A stretch of 22,976 nt of DNA from Pseudomonadota bacterium (GCA_031416315.1 JANOTL010000131.1:1-22976); one strand, 5' to 3'; shown: positions 9,296 to 18,372, counted from the stretch's first letter. The notes: a model not told the origin generated them from the sequence alone. Translations and numbers: made by a program.

Positions 9296-9512
9296 TCGGC
9301 TAGCGACTGCCGAGCTTGCCGAGCGAGCTGCGCCCGAGCCGAAGTCCTTGATGCCGTCACCGACAGTGCCGATCCGCGCGCCGCCTCAAACATCGTCTCG
9401 CGGCCAGGCAGCGCCACGGATACGCTTGTATACGAAGATTTCGCAAGAAAGCTCGGAGGAATGACCGAGGGATCCGAACGGTTTGCAGGCAACGAACCGC
9501 GAGGAGCTCGAT

Positions 9513-10220
9513 ATGCGCTGCGCCAAACTGGTCTTTCTTCTCGTCGGAAACCTTTTCTTCGCGGCTTGCGGACGTCTCGGCGACGCCGGCGCGAAGGACG
9601 AGTCCGCATCGAAACGGGGGCCGCCGGCCCCCGCCTCGACCGGCGCCGCGCCGCTGCCGCTGCCGCAACCGCCCGCGCTGGAACCGGCGCCTGCGACGAT
9701 GCCGGACGATGGCGGCCAGCCGCAACCCGCAACAGCGGGATTCTGCGCGTATTACGGAGCAGATCGCGCAGGGGGTGAAACCTTTCCTTCGATCGACGGC
9801 TGCAACTCCTGCAGCTGCGACGGCGCATCCGCCAGCGTCCATTGCACGGAGATCGCCTGCCCCTTCGTGATCCCGGTCGCGGGCGGCTTCGATCAGGCCC
9901 TGCGTTACGAGCCCGAAAGCGATCAGCTCGTGATCGGACTCTCGGACGACTCCTGCGCCCCGCTAGAACTCACGATGCGCATCGCCGGCGACACTTGCGG
10001 CAAGAGCGCGCCGTGGCGTTGCTCGGCCTACCTGTTTCAAGCGGACGGCAGCCGCTGCCCGCCGGCGCGGCACGTCGAGGCCAAGGTCAGCCTGGCAGCC
10101 TTCGAGAAGCGCCCAGCATTTCTGCAGGTCCGGGACGGCAACGGCCTTTGCCGCTTGGCCGTCGTGCCGGTGCGCGGCGACGCGGAAGTCGTGCAGCTCT
10201 ATGACGACATGTGCCCCTAG
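9513..10220 (+). CDS. Cys-rich lipoprotein with pacifastin/VWC-like motif
   Basis: GAGGAG RBS; lipobox FAAC; GETF..DGCNSCSC..x..CTEIAC. Confidence 0.75.
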   Translation: MRCAKLVFLLVGNLFFAACGRLGDAGAKDESASKRGPPAPASTGAAPLPLPQPPALEPAPATMPDDGGQPQPATAGFCAYYGADRAGGETFPSIDGCNSCSCDGASASVHCTEIACPFVIPVAGGFDQALRYEPESDQLVIGLSDDSCAPLELTMRIAGDTCGKSAPWRCSAYLFQADGSRCPPARHVEAKVSLAAFEKRPAFLQVRDGNGLCRLAVVPVRGDAEVVQLYDDMCP

Positions 10221-10583
10221 ACCTGGACTCGCTCGCTGCGGTGCGTTTCGGCGCACCTGTTCGACGACTTTCCCCGTCCTCCGCTCGATGTTCGAGCTAG
10301 GGTAGTGGTCAGCGCTTTTTCCAGCTCGGCGGCGCCCGCCGCAAGAAAGGTCACAAATAGACGAGGTGCGTCGATGCCATCGTTTACTTTCCCCTCGGTC
10401 ACAGCAAGTCTCTTGAACTCGTGTTTGATGATGGCAAAAGAAGCGCGATCGCCCTTTGAGGGCGCGTCGCCGGAGCTTGTTGCCCGTCGGCGAATGAGCA
10501 CATCTGAATGGCCTTGCCGTTACGGCAAGAAAATCTACACTTACGAACTTCGGCGCCCAAATCAGCCGCATTAAAGACTGTCC

Positions 10584-11654
10584 ATGGAAAACCCAATCGA
10601 ATCCGCCTGGTCCGTCATTCAGCGTGCTGTGGACGCCGACCTTGCCGGCTTTCGGGAGCTCGCTGCAAAAGGCACTTGGTTACTGGAGCCGGAGGCATGC
10701 CCCTCCCTCTTCGCCTTGATGGAAGCGCTGCGGCTTCATCCAAATTCCTCGGCGCTCGGCATCCATCAAACCTTTAAACCTACTGTCGACGCCTTTCGAG
10801 ACAAGAATTTCGCGCCCACCTCGGACGGAGCCAACACTCTCGCGTCACTCGTTCTCTTCGTACCCACTCGACAACGCATCGAAAGCTTGGCTTTGTTGGC
10901 TCGCGGGCTCCTGAATCTTGATGAGAACGGTATTCTGATTTTCGCCTGCGCGAATAGCCAAGGTGCCGGCGGCTTTGTGTCGCAGCTCACGGCGGTCTTT
11001 CCACAAGTCGAGGTCGAAAGCTCGCGCAAGTGCCGGTGGATTGCACTCCCAGGATTTCTCGTAACCGACGCCGCACGGTCCACACTTAACGGCTGGCTCC
11101 GCGCCGCCGGCAAAACGACAGTCGAAGGAACGAATTTTGTCAGCCTTCCCGGGATCTATGGCTGGAATAAGGTCGACCGCGGCTCCGAACTTTTAGTCGG
11201 CACGCTTCCGCAGCTTGAAGGACCCGGCGCTGATCTTGGAGCAGGCTACGGCTACCTGAGCTACAAAGTCCTGAGCCTATCCGATCGAGTGACAAGCTTA
11301 ACCCTCGTGGAAGCCGATCAACGAGCCCTTACATGTGCTCGAGAGAATCTCGAACCGTGGAAAGCCGTTTGTGACTTCCTCTGGCTCGATGCCACTTCAC
11401 CCGAATGCCGCCATCGGCTCAACCGACTCTCTTGGATTGTGATGAATCCACCGTTTCATGCCGGATCGCAAGCGGACGTTGAGCTGGGACACGGATTCAT
11501 CAAGACTGCAGCGACCTCTCTAGAGCCAGGGGGAACGCTCTTTATTGTCGCTAACGCTTTTTTGGGCTATGAGAACGTGCTGCAATCTAACTTCACCCGC
11601 GTCGACCGCGTTCTCACACAAGATGGCTTCAAAGTCTTCCATGCCGTCCGCTAA
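10584..11654 (+). CDS. rsmC: RsmC-like class I SAM methyltransferase (MTS domain)
   Basis: PGIYGWNKVDRGSELL, DLGAGYG and MNPPFH motifs. Confidence 0.8.
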   Translation: MENPIESAWSVIQRAVDADLAGFRELAAKGTWLLEPEACPSLFALMEALRLHPNSSALGIHQTFKPTVDAFRDKNFAPTSDGANTLASLVLFVPTRQRIESLALLARGLLNLDENGILIFACANSQGAGGFVSQLTAVFPQVEVESSRKCRWIALPGFLVTDAARSTLNGWLRAAGKTTVEGTNFVSLPGIYGWNKVDRGSELLVGTLPQLEGPGADLGAGYGYLSYKVLSLSDRVTSLTLVEADQRALTCARENLEPWKAVCDFLWLDATSPECRHRLNRLSWIVMNPPFHAGSQADVELGHGFIKTAATSLEPGGTLFIVANAFLGYENVLQSNFTRVDRVLTQDGFKVFHAVR

Positions 11655-12393
11655 ACGCCCCGCCCGCATCGATCAGCTCCTTTCGAGTCTAGGCTATGGA
11701 AGCCGCGCAGACGTCGGAACCTTCATCGCGCGCGGTCGCGTCACGCTGCTTTCGACACCAGAGAGCAAGCTCAAGACCGACATGCGCATTCCTGCTCATG
11801 ACCTCCTCTTCGATGGAGAGCCGCTCGATCATCCCGATGGATTATTGATCGTGATGCACAAGCCAGTTGGCGTCGTCTGCACCCACGACCAACGCGAGGG
11901 TCAAACGGTTTACGACCTCTTGCCCGAGCGTTGGTGCCAAAGAAGCCCTCGCGTTGAAAGCGTGGGGCGCCTCGACAAGGAAACGAGTGGCCTCCTTCTG
12001 TTGACAGATCAGCACGCGCTCATCCATCAACTGACGTCACCAAAGCATAAAGTCGTGAAAGTCTATGAAGTCGACGTCGAGCGCCCCCTCACGCGTGAGA
12101 TGGTCGAGCTCCTGGCGTCCGGAACGTTGATGCTGCGCGGCGAAAGCAAACCTTGCTTGCCGGCAAATCTGGAAATTCTCGCACCAAACAAGGCGCGCCT
12201 CAGCGTCAGCGAAGGACGCTATCACCAGGTGCGTCGGATGCTGGCTAGTGTTGGATCACCGGTTCTACACCTTCACCGTAGTCAATTTGGCGAGCTCACC
12301 CTCGACGGTTTGGCGGTCGGCGACTTCAAAAGCATTCCTCTAGTGGAGAATGGCGAGACCAGCTCAGCAGTGCGACGACTGAAAGGGCGCTGA
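11641..12393 (+). CDS. rsuA: RsuA-family rRNA pseudouridine synthase
   Basis: S4-like RIDQLLSSLGYGSR, HKPVG, catalytic GRLDKETSGLLLLT, EGRYHQVRRM. ATG 11641 overlaps the end of the methyltransferase gene. Confidence 0.9.
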   Translation: MPSAKRPARIDQLLSSLGYGSRADVGTFIARGRVTLLSTPESKLKTDMRIPAHDLLFDGEPLDHPDGLLIVMHKPVGVVCTHDQREGQTVYDLLPERWCQRSPRVESVGRLDKETSGLLLLTDQHALIHQLTSPKHKVVKVYEVDVERPLTREMVELLASGTLMLRGESKPCLPANLEILAPNKARLSVSEGRYHQVRRMLASVGSPVLHLHRSQFGELTLDGLAVGDFKSIPLVENGETSSAVRRLKGR

Positions 12394-12429
12394 CAACCAG
12401 TCGCCAACGGAAATCGCGAAGGAGTGCCC

Positions 12430-12827
12430 ATGCCGACGACGCCCACTACCACCCTCCTTCGCCTTGCCAATTGCACCGCCGTCGCGTTTCAACTGTCCTC
12501 CTGCGGTCCAATCGCGAAAGAAGAAGAAAGAGACCTAAGCACCGGCCCCTACCCGATGCCCGCCTTCCTCTCGACCAGTCCGGCGGTTGGTCGGGCACGA
12601 AAAACGCCTGTACCGTCTTTCAAAACCGTCGCGGCATTCGCAGAAGCGGCGCGAACGTGACGTTCGAAGACCGCCTCATGGAGCCCGCCAACGGCGCGAT
12701 CGCGCTCGGCGCCGTCGAAGGCGACTGCGCCGAAGGCAGCCGCAATGCCGAGTTGATTCAGAAGTACAAAGCCCAGCTGACCAAGTGCGGGCTCGAGACG
12801 AAGGCGGTCCTGGCGCCGATGCCGTAG
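12430..12827 (+). pseudogene. Small lipoprotein, apparently frameshifted near 12650
   Basis: AAGGAG RBS, ATG 12430, LSSC lipobox. The frame stops at 12660 while an overlapping frame continues with protein-like NVTFEDRLMEPANGAIALG... to 12827. Confidence 0.45.
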
Positions 12828-12853
12828 GCGAGCGCTGGAAAGGTTCAAGCTGC

Positions 12854-13510
12854 TCAGGGCGCGACGCGGCCTGAATCCCCGACCGCATCCCGCATCCGAA
12901 GCAGCGTGCTGCCGATCAAGACGCCGTCGCTCCAATACGAACCACTCGCGGTATCAGGCAAGAGATCATAAGTGAAGGGCGAAGTGTAAGCGACGGGCGT
13001 CGCATGCAGCACTCTCGCGCCGTCGAGCACGTCACCGGCCCTTAGCTCTTCAATCGGCATTCTGTCCGCGAGAGGATGGCCAAAAGACGCTTGGACCTCG
13101 CGACCGTCGTCGAGCTCGAGGCGCATCATTCGATGCCGAGCGGAGACCGCCGCGCGCACGACGCGGCTCACGGGCACGATCACACGCTCGCCCATCGCGC
13201 CCGTGGAATAGACGAGCGTGCCGGCGAGGATCTCTGCAGCAGGGACGTCACCAAACGGCGTCGCAATGCGCGCCCATCCGGGCAGGCACTGCGGCAAGTT
13301 GTTGCACGCGCCGCGGTAGCACATGTAAGCCGACGGCCCGGAGCAAGTGAAACCACTCGGACACTTCGTTTCCAACTGGCTGCTTCCGCAGCCGATCGCG
13401 AGCTGCTCGCAAGTGCCGCTCGGGGGCGCATTGTCGGCGATGCAGCGGCAGCCGCCGTTGTCTCCGTCGAAAAGAAGGGTCCTCCGCCGAATGTGTGGAT
13501 AGCTGGGCAG
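12854..13510 (-). CDS. Cys-rich segment plus C-terminal Hint (Hedgehog/intein-like) domain; no clear start of its own
   Basis: Hint begins CLPGWARIATPFG at 13288; B-block SFGH; F-block TYDL; ends YWSDGVLIGST without HN. The frame is open upstream to the TAG at 13511-13513 (CRCIADN..CEQLAIGCG..KCPSGFTC). Confidence 0.8.
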   Translation of the reverse strand: MPSYPHIRRRTLLFDGDNGGCRCIADNAPPSGTCEQLAIGCGSSQLETKCPSGFTCSGPSAYMCYRGACNNLPQCLPGWARIATPFGDVPAAEILAGTLVYSTGAMGERVIVPVSRVVRAAVSARHRMMRLELDDGREVQASFGHPLADRMPIEELRAGDVLDGARVLHATPVAYTSPFTYDLLPDTASGSYWSDGVLIGSTLLRMRDAVGDSGRVAP

Positions 13511-14490
13511 CTATCGCGCGGCTGCCATGATCGCCGAGACGCGAGCGTAGCGGCCGCTTGATAGCCCAATGCCCGCGTCAGACGCAGGCATTGGGCTTCG
13601 GGACCTTTCCTCCGGCGTGGCGTTGCGCGCCGTCCCCGGGAGACACTTCGGCAGGTTGTTGCAAGCACCCTTGAAGCAAAGCCCAGCGGGAATGCCCGAG
13701 CAATGAAAGTCGTTCGGGCAGGAGTCGACGCAGGTCGAGCCACTGGGACACTCGGCCTGGGGCGCTTTGTCGCATTGGAACAGGCGGCGTCGCTCCAGAC
13801 GTAGCCAGCGGCGCCGTTCTTTTTCTGGCGGCCACTGCAAGTTTTCGTGCTCGTGTCGCAGAAGGCTTCGTTGACCGGAAAGAAATCAGAGGCGCACGGC
13901 CCCTTCGCTTCGTCGATACACTTATTATGGTAGTCCGCTTGGATACGGCCATAGAGTGCGCCGCGTTCTCCGGCCATTTCGGCGAGCGGCACCGAGACTT
14001 GGATGCCGCAAAAAAAATTGGTCTGAACGAGCGTGCACTCAACATCCGCGGCACACGACTTGCCGAGTTTTCTGACGTCGTCGATGAAGGCGGTCCGCTG
14101 CGGCGCGCTCGTCTGGCACGCGCCAGCGCTCGCATCCGCGACGCACTGACAGTTGCAAGACGTCGCGTCGGCAAGGACGTTGCCGGGCGCGCAAGTGGCG
14201 ATCGGACACTGTGGTCCGCTGACGACGGTGGAGCCGATGCCGGAGATTACGCCGGAGCCGGTTCCCGTCGATCCCGTACCAATTCCGGACGCGACACCCG
14301 TCCCGGATCCGCTTCCCGTCGATGAGCCGGATGCGCTGCCGGAGCCTGAGCCGGAGCCCGAGCTGGCCCCCGAGCCTTTGCCGCCGGAGCTTTGTTCGAG
14401 CTGGCAGGCTGCCGCACCAATCGTGACGGCGAGGTATCTTCTCGCAGAAGTCTCCCAGCTCAGCGTCGCCCAGCGACAGCAACCGCTAGC
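13511..14490 (-). pseudogene. Gly/Ser-linker, Cys-rich lipoprotein ending in a truncated Hint start; frameshift near 13779; no ATG/GTG/TTG start
   Basis: Hand translation: RRYLAVTIGAAAC-QLEQSSGGKGSG(GS/GT)n-CPIATCAPG..CNCQC..SCAADVECTLV..FCDTSTKTC..DAAC, then a 1-nt shift to FQCDKAPQAEC...GACNNLPKCLPGTARNATP. Confidence 0.65.
13563..13597. other. Inverted repeat / hairpin close to where the first Hint copy breaks off
   Basis: AGCCCAATGCC...GGCATTGGGCT perfect 11-bp arms plus an inner GCGTC/GACGC pair. Confidence 0.65.
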
Positions 14491-15354
14491 TCAAATGACG
14501 TCGCAGTCCACCGCAAGGAACAAAGCCTCGTCGCCGTCCGCCTCGCTGGCCGCGGCCAGGCGCCAGGCCTCCTCGAACAGCGCCTCGACTCTTGCACGCA
14601 ATTTTTCGACGTTCGCCTTGGTCAGACGGATCGCGGCGAAGCGCGGCGGCTCGCCGCGGCCCTCGAAGGCGCGCACCGCTGCGCGCATGCGGTACATGTG
14701 GCCGGTCGTGGCGCGCATGATGCTCTGCGAGCTGAAGCGGACGCCACGGCAGACCCACCTACCGTCGTCGCGCGCTTCGACGAGGCCGGCGCGGCGCCAA
14801 TCCTCGAGCGCCCGCGTCACGACGTCCAGCGTGACACCGAGGCGCGCGGCGAGCTCCCGCGGGCGGCTGTGACTGGGAGCGCCGAGAAGATGGAAAATGT
14901 CCCAATGGACGAGGGAGAAGAGCGTCGGCGCGAGATGGGCGGCGTCGACGGCGACGCTCGGCGTCGACTGCACGAACTGGCCGCCGACGCGCGCTCGCAC
15001 GCTCTCCGCGCGCCGTAGGGCGTCGCTGCGGGTCGGCTCGGTCGCGCATTTCTCGGCGATCACGAGCTCACGCAAGTAGGACCACTCGTCCTCGCCGATG
15101 TCGAGGAAATGCGCGAGGCGATGCAACTGGTCGAGCGAAAGCCCCGCCTGATCCGAAAGGACCTGCGACAGGTACGAAGGCGTGCAACCCGCGGCTTCGG
15201 CGAGGTGACTGCGGAAGCCTCGGCGCTCAGGATTAGCCGCGATGACCGCCTTGAGATATGCGCGGTAATGGTCGTGCGCGAAGACTGGAAGCAGGATGGG
15301 GGGCTTGCGAGTCCCTCCGCCGCTGGCGGGCGCCTTGGTCGTCCGACGAGGCAT
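14491..15354 (-). CDS. TIGR02147/DUF4423-family HTH protein (putative regulator)
   Basis: AGGAG RBS, ATG 15354; YRAYLK...RGFRSHLAEAAGCTPSYLSQVL....LS; second HTH ELAARLGVT..V..AL; C-terminal F.A.RL...E.L. Confidence 0.85.
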   Translation of the reverse strand: MPRRTTKAPASGGGTRKPPILLPVFAHDHYRAYLKAVIAANPERRGFRSHLAEAAGCTPSYLSQVLSDQAGLSLDQLHRLAHFLDIGEDEWSYLRELVIAEKCATEPTRSDALRRAESVRARVGGQFVQSTPSVAVDAAHLAPTLFSLVHWDIFHLLGAPSHSRPRELAARLGVTLDVVTRALEDWRRAGLVEARDDGRWVCRGVRFSSQSIMRATTGHMYRMRAAVRAFEGRGEPPRFAAIRLTKANVEKLRARVEALFEEAWRLAAASEADGDEALFLAVDCDVI

Positions 15355-15577
15355 GCATTCGCTCCTAGGAAAGAACAACGATGACGGTAGCTTCCTTCTC
15401 AGCTTAGCCCGACCGTTAAGCCCGACTTAAGCAAACTCGCAATCTTAAGCACAAAATTCAATAAAACTAGTGACTTACTGGCCGCCCAGCTCTTCCCAAT
15501 CGCGGGTGTTCTGCGTAGAACGGGGTGCAAAGGCGGCATGTCGCCGTCGCCCCCCCGCCCTGAAGAAAGGTTTTCCC

Positions 15578-16417
15578 ATGTCTCTCAAGCACATGATCGC
15601 CACCGTCGCCGTCACAGTTTTCGTCGCCGCTTGCGGTCGCGCCGAGGCCCCTGCCTCCCTCTCCCTGGCCGCCTCCCTCACGCAGCCGTCGGCTGCCGCC
15701 GCCGTCTCGGGACGTCCGACGAGCGCGTTCCTCGCCGCCGGCGACTACCTCGTCCGTTTCGCACGCCTCGGCTGCAGCGCCAACGAGCTCAACTTCAGCA
15801 AGCACTACGATTTCGTCCGAATCGCCACCGGCGACAAGACCTTCGTGACCTTCACCGAATCGAGCGTCGTCGATGACGGCCTGGCCCACGCCGCCGTCTG
15901 CCGCACCGGCTCCGTCTCGTCGGGCGTCGTCCGCGTCAAGATGGCGACGCCGTTCACGCTCACGGCCGGGTCGGACGACCAAGGCCTAAAGATCGACGCC
16001 GTCTTCGCCTACGACACCCTGCCGGTTCGCGCCGGTGAGGGCTCCCTTCTCGGCCGTGGCACTTACGTGGTCGAGACGTCGTTCGAGCTCCCGTGCGTCC
16101 AAGAGGAAATCGTGCTGGCCAAGTCGATCCGCGACCTCGGGCAAGGGGTCGAGGACGCGATCTTCCGCCAGGCCGGCGTCGCGACCGACAATCAGCCGCG
16201 GACGCTCGCATGCATGATGAATCCGCCGCGCAGCAGCGGCAGCGCGGTCCTGCGCGCGACGGCGCCGTCGACGCGACTGTCGCTGCAAACGATCTACTTC
16301 GGAGGCCCCGTCCCGGTCGCGGCCGACGCGACGGAGACCCCCGTGATCCCTAGCGAAGGCGATCAGCTCCGGATCGAGGCGATCAAGATGGTCACGCGCC
16401 TCTACAAGGTGCTCTGA
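15578..16417 (+). CDS. Hypothetical lipoprotein
   Basis: AAAGG RBS, MSLKHMIATVAVTVFVAAC lipobox, strong GC3 bias; divergent from the TIGR02147 gene. Confidence 0.75.
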   Translation: MSLKHMIATVAVTVFVAACGRAEAPASLSLAASLTQPSAAAAVSGRPTSAFLAAGDYLVRFARLGCSANELNFSKHYDFVRIATGDKTFVTFTESSVVDDGLAHAAVCRTGSVSSGVVRVKMATPFTLTAGSDDQGLKIDAVFAYDTLPVRAGEGSLLGRGTYVVETSFELPCVQEEIVLAKSIRDLGQGVEDAIFRQAGVATDNQPRTLACMMNPPRSSGSAVLRATAPSTRLSLQTIYFGGPVPVAADATETPVIPSEGDQLRIEAIKMVTRLYKVL

Positions 16418-16450
16418 AGTCTGCCGCAGCAGTGCCCGAATCACGTCTGG

Positions 16451-16481
16451 AGCCCCGGTCGAAAGACCGGGGTTCGCTTTT
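16451..16481. terminator. Hairpin terminator between convergent genes
   Basis: CCCCGGTC-GAAA-GACCGGGG followed by TTCGCTTTT. Confidence 0.75.
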
Positions 16482-16486
16482 CGAGC

Positions 16487-18049
16487 TTAGAAGCCGCTGC
16501 GCGAGCAGTCGGTGAACTTGTTGCTGCCGGAGTACACGAGGTCGGTAAGGAGCCAGCGCATGTCGTCGTCCGAGAGGACCGAGACGCCATCCGCCGAGAT
16601 CTTCTTGATCAGCGCCTCGCCGCGGGCATTGCCCTTCATGCCCCAACCGTAGGTCCCCGTGGTGTAAGAGAACGGGTTGAGCGAGCCGTCGTAATCGGCC
16701 TTGACGTTGATGGTGCCGCTCCCGACCGAGGCGTAGAACTTCAGGATGCGGTAGACCTTGTTACCGCTGTTGATCGAGGCCGAGGCGTCCGTCGAGCAGA
16801 AGATCCGACCCTTGACGTCGACGCCTTCCTCACCGCGGGACAGCGCGTTGAACGCCGCATCGGCCGCTTGCTGCGAGGCTTCCTTGAACTTGTCGACGTG
16901 CTTCGCGAGCTCGTCGGCAAAGGGCTTGAACTCCGAGGCGACGTTGGTCTCGAGCCATTTCCTCGCGAGCGGAATGCAGCGCTCGAGGACGACTTGCGCT
17001 TCGAGACCGCCGCCTTGGACCTTGCCCAGCGCGGAGGACTTCGAGGCCGAGAGCTCGAGGGCGAAGCCACCTTCGGCGCCCGCTTTCGCCTCGACGCCGT
17101 TGCCAAAGACCTTGAAAGAGCCGCCGACACCGACGAAGGCAGATGCCGAGGCGGTCGAGAAGCCGGTCAGGGACATTTTACAGGTCGCCTCCGTGCCGGC
17201 AGCGATGAATTCGCCGGCGCGAGCCGCGCGGCTCTCGTTGGTCAGCTCGAGGGTGATCGTGCCCTGCGCTTTGAACTCGACACGGCCTTCGGCCGAGACG
17301 ACGACGCCGCCCGTGTATTCCGCGGAGGCGACGCCGGCCGCGAAGCCGGAGAGGGAGAGTTGCACCGCGTCCGTCTCGCCGCCGGCGAGGACGGTCTTCG
17401 GCTGCGCGATCTCGTTGCCTTTCTTCAGGACCGGCGCGCCGACCTTGCACTGGTCGGCCGCGACGGAGAACTCGCGGCAGTAACCGTTGGCCGCGTCGAG
17501 AGCCGACGCGGTCGAGCCGCAGGCGAAGCGACGCTTCTTCCCGTTGGCGTCGAGCTCGACCAGGCCGCATTCGACATTCGTGAACTGGCAGGGCAGGTCG
17601 CAGGAGCTGATGAACAGCGGAACGACCGTCGAGAGATCCGCGCCTTGCTTGCACTCGGTGGTGTCGAGGCGCTCTTCGCGGGCTTTCACGAGGGTGAGGA
17701 CTGTGTGGAAGTCGATGCACTTTTGGTAGACGTCGGCGTGGACGGAAGTCGCGCTCGCCGTACCGGAGTCTTTCAAGAGCTTGTCGTTGCACGCGGCCTC
17801 GGACGCCACATCCTCGAACTTCGGCGCGTCAGATTGCGCCGTGGCGTAAGCGGTGAGGCCGGCTTCCAACGCGGACTTCGCGCTGGCCAGCTTCGGCGCC
17901 TGGAAGGCGAGGTCGGCTTTGGCCGTCGCGCAGTCGTTGCCGGCGAAGCCGGACTTCAACTCGGCGTCGGCGATGGGACGAGCGACCTTGCAGGAGGACA
18001 GCATCGCGACCAGGGTGATGGAAGACGACAGCAGCCGCACGAGCTTCAT
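16487..18049 (-). CDS. Large Cys-containing lipoprotein with Gly/Ala/Ser-rich beta-strand core
   Basis: MKLVRLLSSSITLVAMLSSC lipobox; strong GC3 bias; about 520 aa. Confidence 0.8.
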   Translation of the reverse strand: MKLVRLLSSSITLVAMLSSCKVARPIADAELKSGFAGNDCATAKADLAFQAPKLASAKSALEAGLTAYATAQSDAPKFEDVASEAACNDKLLKDSGTASATSVHADVYQKCIDFHTVLTLVKAREERLDTTECKQGADLSTVVPLFISSCDLPCQFTNVECGLVELDANGKKRRFACGSTASALDAANGYCREFSVAADQCKVGAPVLKKGNEIAQPKTVLAGGETDAVQLSLSGFAAGVASAEYTGGVVVSAEGRVEFKAQGTITLELTNESRAARAGEFIAAGTEATCKMSLTGFSTASASAFVGVGGSFKVFGNGVEAKAGAEGGFALELSASKSSALGKVQGGGLEAQVVLERCIPLARKWLETNVASEFKPFADELAKHVDKFKEASQQAADAAFNALSRGEEGVDVKGRIFCSTDASASINSGNKVYRILKFYASVGSGTINVKADYDGSLNPFSYTTGTYGWGMKGNARGEALIKKISADGVSVLSDDDMRWLLTDLVYSGSNKFTDCSRSGF

Positions 18050-18356
18050 ACGTTTTGCTCCAAGAGTTTGACGGGGAGCCCCATTATCGGCTCGAGTTGG
18101 CAAAAACTTTAGGACCTGACGAGATAGACACGATTGCAACAGCTTGCGACTGCCGTTCAGCCAAGCTCCGGATAGGGTTCTGCTGGATTTCGCGACCGAC
18201 CGGGGTGGTGATCAGGCTCAGCCGGCTCGCTCGTCCTCGGGCCGCAGCCCATGCAAAGAAAAATTTCGGCCACGGGTTTTGACCATCTTTGCCTCCGCCG
18301 TCCGGAATTCGCGCCGCGCCGCATGGGCGAACGCGATTTTGGCAATGTAATCCACG

Positions 18357-18372
18357 CGGCACACCGCTTGCT
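18357..18372 (+). promoter_or_regulatory. Sigma54 (-24/-12) promoter
   Basis: CGGCACACCGCTTGCT has GG-N10-GC with GGCAC and TTGC, about 50 nt upstream of ATG 18424. Confidence 0.65.

Noticed and set aside
10217..10574. Short ORFs on either strand between the lipoprotein and the methyltransferase
   Set aside because: No RBS or motif; possibly a remnant but unsupported.
12854..13288. A true splicing intein / homing element
   Set aside because: No terminal His-Asn, no endonuclease domain and no conserved host C-extein.
13511..13513. Pyrrolysine/amber recoding
   Set aside because: No pyl genes in the window, TAG is the normal stop of other genes here (10220, 22195), and the flanking translated sequence looks degenerate.
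14153..14872. Pro/Glu-rich plus-strand ORF (PEPEPE)
   Set aside because: Antisense shadow of the Gly/Ser linker and of the TIGR02147 gene.
16868..18112. 414-aa plus-strand ORF, and similar long antisense ORFs such as 18675-19805 and 6109-6867
   Set aside because: Shadows of high-GC3 genes on the opposite strand; no motifs.
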